Part shown: positions 9,733-18,858 of the stretch, in pieces
How the letters are laid out: the number at the start of each line of letters is the position of its first letter
Position numbering within the stretch: the stretch's first letter is position 1
From: Patescibacteria group bacterium
Lineage (GTDB): Bacteria > Patescibacteriota > Minisyncoccia > Phycocordibacterales > DATDWN01
Direction of reading: 5' to 3'
DNA length: 64,000 nucleotides
NCBI GenBank assembly: GCA_040384485.1
Contig: JAZKJH010000003.1
Coordinates: 7,556-71,555 of the forward strand
Notes under the pieces: model-generated
What the model was told of the DNA's origin: nothing
The model's database searches: none
What the model saw: the letters and a program-made list of their open reading frames with translations, nothing else
Position numbers and translations under genes: made by a program

Positions 9733-10872
9733 ATGAACCAGGAAAAAACAGCTATAAATAAGGTTTGTTTTGTTGTCACTAAGGGCGTATGGGGAGGTGC
9801 TCAAAAGTATGTATACAACCTAGCAACAGGCCTGCCCAAAGATAGATACGAAGCTGTAGTTGTATGTGGCGAAGGAGGAGAACTTGTGAGCAGGCTGGAA
9901 GCAGCTCGGATACGTGTATACACCATAAACACCTTAAAACGTGACATTTCAATAAAATCAGAACTCCAAAGTTTCTTGCAACTTTTCAATATACTCAGAA
10001 CTGTGCGGCCCAATGTTTTACATCTCAATAGCCCAAAAGCGGGAGGGATCGGAGCCGTGGCTGGAAGACTACTAGGTATACCTAAAATAATTTTCACTTC
10101 CCACGGGTTTGCTTTCAATGAGATTCGCTCCCCTTTTCAAAAAGCCGTGATCAGGTTGTTCTCTTGGTTAATCTTGATATTGAACAAGCAAGTTATTGTT
10201 ATCTCTGACAAAGAAAAAGCGGATGCTTTGAATATGCCCTTTATATCAGAAAATAAAATTACCTTAATAAAAAACGGCGTTGAGAGTATTGGTTTTAAAG
10301 ACCGCGAACTTGCTCGAACGGAATTGATACAAATAGTAAATAAAGAAATCCCAAAAAACGTAACCTGGATTGGCACAGTCGCTGAACTACATAAAAACAA
10401 AGGTTATGAATATATGCTTTCTGCCTTGAGTAAACTCTCCTACCCTTTTGCTTACTTCATCATCGGTGCTGGTGAAGAAAAGGAAAAAATAGAAAAGTTA
10501 ATCCAGGAATTAAATTTATCCGACAAGGTTTTCATGGTTGGGTTCTTAAACCACGCCAGTGAACACTTGAAAGCCTTCGACATTTTCACACTGACATCAG
10601 TCAAGGAGGGTCTACCTTATACCGTTATAGAAGCTGGATTTGCAGGAGTACCCGTAGCTGCAAGCAACGTTGGTGGTATACCAGACATAATAGAAAACGG
10701 AACAAGCGGAATACTAGTGACAAAAGAAAAACCTGGAGAAATCCTAAAAGCTCTGGAGTACGTAAATGAACATCGAAACGAAGTGGAAACATTTGCACAA
10801 AACCTTAAACAAAAAGTTGAGAAAGAATTTTCACTTGATGTAATGTTGGAAAAAACAATAAAGTTGTACTGA
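9733..10872 (+). CDS. Glycosyltransferase family 4
   Basis: GGAQKY N-terminal motif; EGLPYTVIEA; NVGGIPDII. Confidence 0.9.
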   Translation: MNQEKTAINKVCFVVTKGVWGGAQKYVYNLATGLPKDRYEAVVVCGEGGELVSRLEAARIRVYTINTLKRDISIKSELQSFLQLFNILRTVRPNVLHLNSPKAGGIGAVAGRLLGIPKIIFTSHGFAFNEIRSPFQKAVIRLFSWLILILNKQVIVISDKEKADALNMPFISENKITLIKNGVESIGFKDRELARTELIQIVNKEIPKNVTWIGTVAELHKNKGYEYMLSALSKLSYPFAYFIIGAGEEKEKIEKLIQELNLSDKVFMVGFLNHASEHLKAFDIFTLTSVKEGLPYTVIEAGFAGVPVAASNVGGIPDIIENGTSGILVTKEKPGEILKALEYVNEHRNEVETFAQNLKQKVEKEFSLDVMLEKTIKLY

Positions 10873-10947
10873 AAAAAATTATTAGATTTTTATAAAATAA
10901 AAGACGGTTTTGGAACATTGCTCCAAAACCGTCCGCATCAGACACTC

Positions 10948-11493
10948 TCACCTAACCAAAACCTTCTCCCTCAAAGTGCATGGGATAGAAATTCCTGTAT
11001 TCTTCACAAGAGAGGTCTTTGACCCAGAAGCAACCTTAACTATATATCGATCTCCCAAAACCGCAAAGGAAACATCAGTAACAACTCTAGACTGACCAAG
11101 ATCTCCAAATCTGAAGTCAACCAGTCCTTCATCACTTACTTCGGACGATGTCTTCCCTTTTGAAAAACCGAGTAGAACCGCATATCCCTTATTCAAGTAC
11201 AAGAACTGAGAATCCCCGGAGGCATTAGTTTCCTCCAATACGGAAGGAGAAACTGTTACGTCAACTGGGCTACTTTCCAATCGACATTCGAATTGAAAGA
11301 ACTTATTTGGGTCACCTGACAATCGAGAAACATCGATGATTGCCTGATGCACCGTATGGCTCCCATCCTCTTTCGCGATAGAAACACTCAAGTAGGCATG
11401 TGGCGGTTTACTTACATTCTCCCAGTATTTCGTCGCGCAACTCGATGAGACCAAAAGAACACCCAACGCCGCTAGTCGCATATACACTGTCAT
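10948..11493 (-). CDS. Hypothetical lipoprotein (orphan cassette)
   Basis: Signal with VSSSC lipobox-like motif; upstream -10-like element; hairpin at about 10903-10933. Confidence 0.6.
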   Translation of the reverse strand: MTVYMRLAALGVLLVSSSCATKYWENVSKPPHAYLSVSIAKEDGSHTVHQAIIDVSRLSGDPNKFFQFECRLESSPVDVTVSPSVLEETNASGDSQFLYLNKGYAVLLGFSKGKTSSEVSDEGLVDFRFGDLGQSRVVTDVSFAVLGDRYIVKVASGSKTSLVKNTGISIPCTLREKVLVR

Positions 11494-11545
11494 TAAGCCC
11501 CCCGGCTCATAGTATAGTATTTCTAAAAAACTTCAAATGTAGAAA

Positions 11546-12685
11546 CTATACTCCGTCTAGTTCATTTTTTGAAAGATCTTTGTGAATACTCCTACTCGAT
11601 CCCCTCATACCCATGAGCATCCCAAGTCCCAAAAATTCTGTTAGCAAGTGACTCCCTCCATAACTCATAAACGGAAGTGTGTTTCCTGTTACTGGAAGTA
11701 AACCGATATTCATTCCCACATGAATCACTGTATGAACTACAAATAAAATAGTGAGTCCCGCACCAAATAATATCTCGAAGTTCCCTCCTCCGTTAAAAGA
11801 TATTTTGAGCATTCTCCAAAAAACTAGTCCGTAAAGAATAAACAGAAGACCTACTCCGATAAACCCCCACTCTTCTGCAAAAGATGCGAACATAAAGTCG
11901 GTTTCGTACTCTGGTAAATACTGAAGCTTACTCTGTGTTCCGTATCCTATCCCCTTACCGAGTACACCTCCTGAACCTACCGCAATAACTGACTGATAGG
12001 CGTTATACCCTGTACCCCGAATATCTGCGAGAGGATTGATGAAGTTTGCTATTCGAGCCTTTTGATATGGTTTGAAAACTGCTGTCCACAAAAACCCGAA
12101 CGAAAGAAGCCCTATCAAAAAAACTCCGAACAAATGTTTTTTGGAAATACCTGAGACTAACACCATTCCTAACCAGACAAAAAATATAATAATAGCAGAA
12201 CCAAAGTCAGGTTGTAAAAATACGAGTCCAAAAATCACAAACACATAAAAACCGGATACTAGTATGTGTCTCACGTTGGCTATTTCTATATGACGCCGTG
12301 AAAAATATTTTGCAAGAATTAAAATAACCACTAGCTTGATAGGGTCTGCAGGTTGAAAAGAAAAGAACCCCAAGTTAAACCAACTCTGAGCACCCTTGAA
12401 AACACTCCCCACGATAAACAGCAACGAGAGTAGCCCAACGGACAGCATAAAAAGCGAGACTATTATTTTTGTATTCTTCAGAAATGACCAGTTTATCTGA
12501 CTGGTGATTATAAATGCGACTATTGAAACTATAAGCCAGATTGATTGCCGTTCAAAAAAAGCACTCTCTCCCACAAAAGAGTTCATGGTAACTAGTCCAG
12601 CCAAACTCAAAAAAATAACACTTAAAAACAATGTTAAATCAATATTCTTAAAAAGAGTTTTATAAAGCTGACCTAATATGTTCAT
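11546..12685 (-). CDS. rodA: Rod shape-determining protein RodA (SEDS family)
   Basis: GAQSWF, FQPADPIK, LQPDFGSA, GSGG..GKG, LPEYETDF, LPVTGNTLPFMSYGGS. Confidence 0.9.
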   Translation of the reverse strand: MNILGQLYKTLFKNIDLTLFLSVIFLSLAGLVTMNSFVGESAFFERQSIWLIVSIVAFIITSQINWSFLKNTKIIVSLFMLSVGLLSLLFIVGSVFKGAQSWFNLGFFSFQPADPIKLVVILILAKYFSRRHIEIANVRHILVSGFYVFVIFGLVFLQPDFGSAIIIFFVWLGMVLVSGISKKHLFGVFLIGLLSFGFLWTAVFKPYQKARIANFINPLADIRGTGYNAYQSVIAVGSGGVLGKGIGYGTQSKLQYLPEYETDFMFASFAEEWGFIGVGLLFILYGLVFWRMLKISFNGGGNFEILFGAGLTILFVVHTVIHVGMNIGLLPVTGNTLPFMSYGGSHLLTEFLGLGMLMGMRGSSRSIHKDLSKNELDGV

Positions 12686-12690
12686 ATAGA

Positions 12691-13446
12691 CTAAGGTATT
12701 CTATGAATAACGTTTACAACACTGACTGGCCTTTCAAAAGGTTTTTGCCATGTAAATACAAAGTCCTGAGTCTCTCCCCTAAAAAGGTTCGTCACATAGG
12801 TTCGGGAAGTTCCTATCACGTTCTCGTCAGCATCCATCACAAGCACAACTAACTCTATATCTTTTATATCTTTTATGGACCTGTTGGTCACTGTCCCTCT
12901 CACCTTTGGTGCAGTCTCGGCAGTTTCTACTGAACCATATGTAACATTGACCTCTGGTTCTACTGATGTATCTTTCTGCCAAGGTGAAAAAGCTGTGAAG
13001 CGGAACTCGGCAAATTTGGGAACTGTATGACGCACAATAATACCGGTTTTAAATATCGCAAATCTTTTGTTTTTCGGAATAGAAGTGGAACCACTTTCAA
13101 CTAAAATAGGTCGGTTGTCTTCGTCAAAGAGTCTGAAGTCATATGTAGCTTTGGCATTTTTAGAGTTTATGTTTGGATTTTCCACTAACGCAGTCACACT
13201 ATATACATCTCCAGAAATAGGAAAAACTTTTGCCCAGATAACTGTTGGGGAAAGTGCGTCGTTGGAACACAGGTTCACACAGCTTCCGCCACAGTCTATC
13301 CCGGCCTCAGTACCGTTTTTTACACCGTCAGTACAAGTAGGTGCTTGATAAAGCAGATTCCATGCCAAGATAACTACACCGACCAAAACAACAAACAAAA
13401 AACTACCCCCGTACACAAATCTTCTTTTTGTAGACCACATTGCCAT
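12691..13446 (-). CDS. Conserved hypothetical membrane-anchored protein with CxDGxxNxxExGIDCGGxC motif and Ig-like domains
   Basis: TM helix followed by the Cys motif; adjacent to rodA in the same orientation. Confidence 0.65.
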   Translation of the reverse strand: MAMWSTKRRFVYGGSFLFVVLVGVVILAWNLLYQAPTCTDGVKNGTEAGIDCGGSCVNLCSNDALSPTVIWAKVFPISGDVYSVTALVENPNINSKNAKATYDFRLFDEDNRPILVESGSTSIPKNKRFAIFKTGIIVRHTVPKFAEFRFTAFSPWQKDTSVEPEVNVTYGSVETAETAPKVRGTVTNRSIKDIKDIELVVLVMDADENVIGTSRTYVTNLFRGETQDFVFTWQKPFERPVSVVNVIHRIP

Positions 13447-13471
13447 ATCAACATATTATAGCAAAATTAGC

Positions 13472-16400
13472 CTAGTTCGCTAGACACAAAGTCGTGTCGC
13501 AAAATTCAAGATTATCTACAATAATAGACCCTGGAATTGTTTCGTATACATCGTCAGAGGTGCCTAGTATCTTGGAATTACTTACAATAACATCTGCAAC
13601 AGATCGACCAACGGGACTTACTGCCTCTACTGCATACCCGGATTCAAAATCGGAAATGGTAAGCCCTGTCGCGTCGACCACTCCACCTACTACATACAAA
13701 CCACTTTGACCTGTGTTGTTGATGTTTAAATCAGTGATAGTTGTAGTTGAAAAATATAGTGCGAGACCGTTATTCTCCGAACCATCAATCGTAGTACTAC
13801 TTATCTCGGCGAACGAATTATATATTGCGATGCCGTCATTGCCTGCATTTTCTATAACAATATTATCCATTACCATTATAGAGCTGTTATAACCTGCAAC
13901 AGCTTCCCCTGTTGTGCTTGCAATGGTTACATTTTCTAAAACTAAAGATGCACCGTTATAAGCATTTATTCCACTTCCATTGTTCAAAAAACTTGAATTA
14001 GTTATTTTTACTTTGGATTCATTTAATAATCCGATAGTTTCTGTGTTCTTAAATAAAACGTTTTCAAAAGTACTTGTTGCTTGGTTGGTGTTAAACCAGA
14101 AAAATCCTCCCGAACTTTCGGATGCTGATTCAAAAGTAGTTATCTCTCCTGCCCCGCCTGCAACAACCTTACCTAGAACCAAAAAGTTTCCGAAGTTTGG
14201 ATCATCGTCTTTTATAAACATTATCTCTGAACCTTCCTCGATAGTTAGTGTGGACGATGCAGAAACAATAATAGTATCGAAGACTGCATATGGACCGTTT
14301 TTAGAATCTAAAACTAAATCTTCCTCTATCAATGTACCTCCATCATTTATCAGATAACTTAAACTGTTATGCTCTCCGGGAGTAGCGTTTACTTCTTCCC
14401 CATCCGAGTCTGTGCCATTCTTTATAAAACTCAGGTTGTAACCCCAGTTTGAAAAGTCGGATCCAAGATTCATAGATTTTTTTCGTTCTATACTTTCCCA
14501 ATTTCCCTGGTTATAAATATCTGTACTGTCTTCAATTTTCCAAAATGGAGTAGAATCAAAACGATCCTCTCCATAAAGCAAAACTATTTCTTCTCCATAA
14601 TCGTTGAAGATATTTTCTACTGGCTCATCCCAACTAAAAATACTGGCTCCATTGTCAACACTAACTGAGTTACTCCCTCTCATCAGTAATAAATATGAAT
14701 TTGGAGCCAAAGTTCCGACCAGAGGTATAATTGTATTTCCATTATTTATTTTCAATCCCCAATGAGACATATCTATACTGTGGCTGGTGTTATTTTTAAG
14801 TTCCAACCACTCATCTCCATCGCTTGCTGATGTCCCCCAAAAAGCTATCTCATTTATAGCTACCGGAATTGTTGCCACAGAAAAGCTAGCGGTAGTGGTG
14901 GGTGGTTCTGTGGATCCAGCGAGTATTGGAGAGAGCTCAAATGTGTAGTCAGAAAAATCTTCTAAGGTAAGTGCTATGCTTGTAGAAGTTGTTGTTGAGA
15001 CTGCACCGTTTAAAGAAATGTTGTACCCTAAAGCACCAGTTTCTGCCTCCCATGATATTGAAACAACAGTATCGGATATTAGACATCTGGATATAGATAT
15101 GGATTCATTACATTGGTTGATGGTAATCTTTTGAATTGGAGCGGGAGTTATACCACCCGAGTTCGCATTGTTTTGATTTGTAGGAGCTGTTTTTACTTTT
15201 CCACCCGCATCACTTTTTGGCATAATCGGTACGATTTGAATAATCTCTGGTATCGGTTTCTCCTCAACTTTCTCTTTTTCTATTTCTTTCTCCTCATCTT
15301 TTTGTGGAAGTTTTTCTACTGTCGAAGAAGGTGTGGTTTTACTCACAACCTTAGTTACTTCCTTATCTTTCAGTTCATCTGGTTTTTGCTCAGTGTCAGA
15401 AGAAGATGTTTGCGCAACAGATTCTATCTGGTTTGAACTGAACATGGAGTTCAAACCGCTTGCGAGCAATCTCCCTGAATTGAAAACGAAGTGACTAGTT
15501 TGTTCTATACCCTTGTAAACCAAAGTTCCACCAGTTTCTAAAATATTTTTACTAACTCCATATAGCTGTACAGTAGTATCCAAACCAAAAACAACTACAT
15601 CACTCCCAGTATTTAAAACAAAATTTGATGTTTTATACAGCCCCGATATGGTTGCCGAGCCTGTGTTGGCGACTGGATCAGCAACTACAAACATAGCTCC
15701 AGTTATTTTATGCCCTAGTGATATTTTAGGAGGATTAATGCAAGGACCATCTGGTTTTTGTATCGTATTATCCTGAAGACGATTCAGTGATTTTTCTATA
15801 TCAGAAACTATTCTTCCAGCTTGGTGTTTTAAGTAAGTTGTAGAAAACCCATGACCATTTGAATCCCCATCTTTTGAAATATCTATAGTTATGTTGGGAG
15901 TCATTATATTCCTACGTAAAGTGCTGCCCACCAAACCAGCAATAACTTTGTCGGTGGTGGATGTGAGCCATAGTCCTTCACCAGAAATCCTTCCTGATGG
16001 AGTAGCTAACGCATACACCCCTATAGACTCTTTAGGTACTCCACCTTCCTGCCCTGCCACCACATCATAAAAACTGTTGGCATAAAAATTGCCCTGTGAA
16101 TGGGCAACAATTAAAACTTTTTGAGTTGTGATCTTCTGACTCGCGGTTTTTAACATCTCGGTCAAATCGTAGTCTTGAATGATTTCATCATCCAATAGTC
16201 CCTGATATGCTGCCTTGAGTACATCCCCTAACCCAGCCAAGTGTGAAGGGTTGTGTATAAAATCAATTTTGAGCGGTTGGTTGTTGAAATTAAAACCAAA
16301 TTTTCTTTCAAGTTCTCTTTTATTGTCTCTGGCTTCTTCTTCGTTTGTAAAAATACCATTAAGGGTCAAAATCGTGTACCCGTCTTTCGAACAAGCATCA

Positions 16401-16474
16401 TTTGCCAAAACTAAAGTTGGTGACAGAAGAAATAAAAATACAATTATTTTTATTTGTTTTTTCCAAAAATTCAT
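13472..16474 (-). CDS. Secreted alpha/beta-hydrolase (lipase-like) fused to lamin-tail domain and right-handed beta-helix
   Basis: Signal peptide; VAHSQGN nucleophile elbow, candidate Asp (TTDKVI) and His (NGHGF); INEI..DEWLELKN (LTD); C-terminal beta-helix repeats. Confidence 0.75.
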   Translation of the reverse strand: MNFWKKQIKIIVFLFLLSPTLVLANDACSKDGYTILTLNGIFTNEEEARDNKRELERKFGFNFNNQPLKIDFIHNPSHLAGLGDVLKAAYQGLLDDEIIQDYDLTEMLKTASQKITTQKVLIVAHSQGNFYANSFYDVVAGQEGGVPKESIGVYALATPSGRISGEGLWLTSTTDKVIAGLVGSTLRRNIMTPNITIDISKDGDSNGHGFSTTYLKHQAGRIVSDIEKSLNRLQDNTIQKPDGPCINPPKISLGHKITGAMFVVADPVANTGSATISGLYKTSNFVLNTGSDVVVFGLDTTVQLYGVSKNILETGGTLVYKGIEQTSHFVFNSGRLLASGLNSMFSSNQIESVAQTSSSDTEQKPDELKDKEVTKVVSKTTPSSTVEKLPQKDEEKEIEKEKVEEKPIPEIIQIVPIMPKSDAGGKVKTAPTNQNNANSGGITPAPIQKITINQCNESISISRCLISDTVVSISWEAETGALGYNISLNGAVSTTTSTSIALTLEDFSDYTFELSPILAGSTEPPTTTASFSVATIPVAINEIAFWGTSASDGDEWLELKNNTSHSIDMSHWGLKINNGNTIIPLVGTLAPNSYLLLMRGSNSVSVDNGASIFSWDEPVENIFNDYGEEIVLLYGEDRFDSTPFWKIEDSTDIYNQGNWESIERKKSMNLGSDFSNWGYNLSFIKNGTDSDGEEVNATPGEHNSLSYLINDGGTLIEEDLVLDSKNGPYAVFDTIIVSASSTLTIEEGSEIMFIKDDDPNFGNFLVLGKVVAGGAGEITTFESASESSGGFFWFNTNQATSTFENVLFKNTETIGLLNESKVKITNSSFLNNGSGINAYNGASLVLENVTIASTTGEAVAGYNSSIMVMDNIVIENAGNDGIAIYNSFAEISSTTIDGSENNGLALYFSTTTITDLNINNTGQSGLYVVGGVVDATGLTISDFESGYAVEAVSPVGRSVADVIVSNSKILGTSDDVYETIPGSIIVDNLEFCDTTLCLAN

Positions 16475-16475
16475 T

Positions 16476-17078
16476 TTAGTCTGGCAATTTTGAGTAATCT
16501 ATATCACAATAAGGATCTAAAGAACTGTAACTTCCTATTTGGTCATAGAAACTTTTCTGAAACTCCTGCCTATGTTCAGTATTGGAATGCAATTTTTCAA
16601 CAAATTCAACCAGCTCATCACTTTCCTTGAAAAATCTTTCTAAATTACTTCTAGATAATATTTCGGTAGTACACAAAGAAGCTCTGTCGCCCTCCTGAGA
16701 TACAGCAACCACAATATCAGTATTAACAAACGGCTGGGTAAATTCCATCTGCAGAGCCAATGCATACTGCAAAGATACAGCTCTTTTTTTAGCGGAGTTA
16801 GGATACTTTTCAAAAATAGCTAGTTCTACGTCATCCCTTATTCCGTTTGCATTTGCATCCACTCCTACCACAGTTACGTCAGCCCTATCTCCCGGAGGCG
16901 GAGGAAGGTCCTTACCCATCACATCATCGAGTGTAAGTTTAGTTGCGTGAATCTTGGCAACCACAGCATCAGTCTTTTTTTGGTTATTCAATAAAAAACC
17001 TCTATACACCACAACCCCCAAAAACAAAACTAAAATAGTTACTCCCGCCCACTTCGCTATCTTTTTAAAAAGATTCAT
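16476..17078 (-). CDS. Membrane-anchored protein with GVDANANGIRDDVE Ca-binding-like motif
   Basis: N-terminal TM; DxNxNGxRDD motif; 1 nt upstream of the hydrolase start. Confidence 0.65.
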   Translation of the reverse strand: MNLFKKIAKWAGVTILVLFLGVVVYRGFLLNNQKKTDAVVAKIHATKLTLDDVMGKDLPPPPGDRADVTVVGVDANANGIRDDVELAIFEKYPNSAKKRAVSLQYALALQMEFTQPFVNTDIVVAVSQEGDRASLCTTEILSRSNLERFFKESDELVEFVEKLHSNTEHRQEFQKSFYDQIGSYSSLDPYCDIDYSKLPD

Positions 17079-17144
17079 ATAGAAATATTATTACCCAAAT
17101 TATACCAACCCTATCCCACCATTCACATCAAAATTGTGGATAAC

Positions 17145-17167
17145 TATCCAAGGGCATCCCTTGGATA
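17145..17167. repeat. REP palindrome copy 1
   Basis: TATCCAAGGG-CAT-CCCTTGGATA. Confidence 0.9.
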
Positions 17168-17183
17168 TAGGTATACTATTATT

Positions 17184-17846
17184 ATGGAGAGAAGATTTGA
17201 ATTCTCAATTGGAGAATTTTATCACGTCTACAATAGGGGCAACAACAAATCCACAATATTCTTTGATGATAAGGACCGGGCCCGTTTCCAAAAGTTACTT
17301 TATATATGTAACGGCTCCAAACCTGTTGTTTTCAAAAATGTCCAAGGGGTGCCCTTGGATAAAATAGATGTGGGAGAAAAACTGGTTGATATTGGCTTAT
17401 ATTGCCTTATGCCGAACCACTTTCATCTTTTATTGCGAGAAATAAAAGAAGGCGGTATTAGTCGTTTCATGGAAAAAATGTCCACCGCATATTCAATGTA
17501 TTTTAATAAAAAATACAATAGAACTGGTAAATTGTTTGAGGGAAGGTTCCAAGCATCTCACATACAGGATGATCGACATCTTAAATATCTGTTCTGCTAT
17601 ATACACCTCAATCCAGTTAAAATAATCAATCTTAATTGGAGAACTGCAGAAATAAAAAGCGCAAACGAAACACAAAAATATTTAGACCAGTATACTTACT
17701 CAAGTTTTATGGATTACAAATCAGTTTCTCGAAAAGAAGATATTATTCTTAATAAATCATCCTTTCCGGAGTACTTTTCCGAACCGAGAGAATTTGAGAA
17801 GTTTATAGATGAGTGGCTCACCATCCAAGGGATGCCCTTGGATTAA
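17184..17846 (+). CDS. REP-associated tyrosine transposase (RAYT, Y1/HUH family)
   Basis: YHVYNRGNNK, YCLMPNHFHLLL (HUH), GKLFEGRF, YIHLNP, YSS; ATG 17184 preceded by TATACT. Confidence 0.9.
   Translation: MERRFEFSIGEFYHVYNRGNNKSTIFFDDKDRARFQKLLYICNGSKPVVFKNVQGVPLDKIDVGEKLVDIGLYCLMPNHFHLLLREIKEGGISRFMEKMSTAYSMYFNKKYNRTGKLFEGRFQASHIQDDRHLKYLFCYIHLNPVKIINLNWRTAEIKSANETQKYLDQYTYSSFMDYKSVSRKEDIILNKSSFPEYFSEPREFEKFIDEWLTIQGMPLD
17341..17359. repeat. REP palindrome copy 2, inside the RAYT CDS
   Basis: TCCAAGGG-GTG-CCCTTGGA; encodes VQGVPLD. Confidence 0.85.
17823..17843. repeat. REP palindrome copy 3, last codons of the RAYT CDS
   Basis: ATCCAAGGG-ATG-CCCTTGGAT; encodes IQGMPLD directly before the TAA. 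Confidence 0.9.
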
Positions 17847-17876
17847 ATAACAGCATATAATTAGGTCACAAATCTA

Positions 17877-17895
17877 TCCAAGGGCATCCCTTGGA
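17877..17895. repeat. REP palindrome copy 4
   Basis: TCCAAGGG-CAT-CCCTTGGA. Confidence 0.9.
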
Positions 17896-17940
17896 CTGTT
17901 AGGTGAGACCTATGTAGAGTTATCCACAGGTTAAGGTAAC

Positions 17941-17969
17941 AAAAAACCCAGGAGGACCTGGGTTTTTTT
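17941..17969. terminator. Bidirectional intrinsic terminator
   Basis: AAAAAACCCAGG-agga-CCTGGGTTTTTT between convergent genes. Confidence 0.75.
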
Positions 17970-17988
17970 AGTTTAAGAGAGGTGTGGT

Positions 17989-18681
17989 TTATTCGAGTTC
18001 AGATAGGAGGAAAGTAAGATTTGGGTCGTTTGGGATAGCCTTCAAGCCTTCATTCAATGCTGCCTTTGCCTTGGTTATATTCTTCCCCACATACTGGTAG
18101 ACCTCCGCTAGCTGTGCGTACAGGTATGACTCTCCTTTAGCTCTAGCGATAGCTCTTCTGTAGTATGTGTCTGACATTCCTACATTTTTCATATGAAGTC
18201 CGTATAGGTTTCCGATGTTACCCAATGCAACAAAGTTCTTTGTATCTAGCTTGCTAGCATACTCCCAAGAAATAATAGCTCCGTCATAGTCCCCTGCGCT
18301 CTTCTGGTATGAACCCAAGTCTATCCAAGCTGCTACCACTTCTGGTTTTGTTTTTAGGAAATCCTGTAATTCTTTTATTTTTGGAGCAGCTGAAGATATT
18401 TCTTGTGCAGAAACATTTACCGCAAGAGATGACTTAACCAAAACTCTGTCTAGGTTTGGAATAGGTTTTGGAACCGAAGTTGGTGAATCTATTTTTTGTA
18501 TCTCGTACTCTACCCCTGATGGAAGAGTTACTTTGTTACCTGTTGTAGTTGCTACTGCTTCGTTATTCCCAATACCTTCCTCTACACCTCGTGAACGTCC
18601 GTCCAGAAGCACATATAGCCCAACCAGGACCAATATTGCTACTGCACTTAGTATTATTTTGTTTGTTTTTGTCATTTCCAT
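17989..18681 (-). CDS. Membrane-anchored TPR protein
   Basis: N-terminal TM; TPR-like helices (AWIDLG...GDYDGAI, ALGNIGNLY, ALNEGLKAIPNDP). Confidence 0.75.
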   Translation of the reverse strand: MEMTKTNKIILSAVAILVLVGLYVLLDGRSRGVEEGIGNNEAVATTTGNKVTLPSGVEYEIQKIDSPTSVPKPIPNLDRVLVKSSLAVNVSAQEISSAAPKIKELQDFLKTKPEVVAAWIDLGSYQKSAGDYDGAIISWEYASKLDTKNFVALGNIGNLYGLHMKNVGMSDTYYRRAIARAKGESYLYAQLAEVYQYVGKNITKAKAALNEGLKAIPNDPNLTFLLSELE

Positions 18682-18734
18682 AGTGAGAAAAGTATATCAT
18701 ACTCCCAGTATCTTTTAAACCTCTCTCATCCAAA

Positions 18735-18755
18735 ATCCAAGGGCATCCCTTGGAT
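18735..18755. repeat. REP palindrome copy 5
   Basis: ATCCAAGGG-CAT-CCCTTGGAT, about 0.9 kb from the RAYT gene. Confidence 0.9.
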
Positions 18756-18778
18756 AGTGGGAACGGAGGTTTAGATAA

Positions 18779-18810
18779 AACAAAAACCACCCTTGCGGGT
18801 GGTTTTTGTT
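18779..18810 (-). terminator. Intrinsic terminator of the S-layer-like gene
   Basis: AACAAAAACCACCC-ttgc-GGGTGGTTTTTGTT. Confidence 0.8.
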
Positions 18811-18858
18811 GATTAACTTAATCTGTCTTGAAATATATTGCTATATCTCAAAGATAGG

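Larger units (their letters stand above)
17135..17928 (+). mobile_element. RAYT/REP locus (REPtron-like)
   Basis: Y1 transposase gene, four local TCCAAGGG-NNN-CCCTTGGA palindromes, and an 11-bp terminal inverted repeat TGTGGATAACT/AGTTATCCACA. Confidence 0.75.

Noticed and set aside
9733-10872. UGA-recoded genetic code (code 25)
   Set aside because: Genes are full length under code 11 and TGA terminates complete proteins such as this glycosyltransferase.
17145-18755. CRISPR array from the repeated 21-bp palindromes
   Set aside because: Irregular spacing, mixed orientation, no cas genes; explained as REPs of the RAYT.
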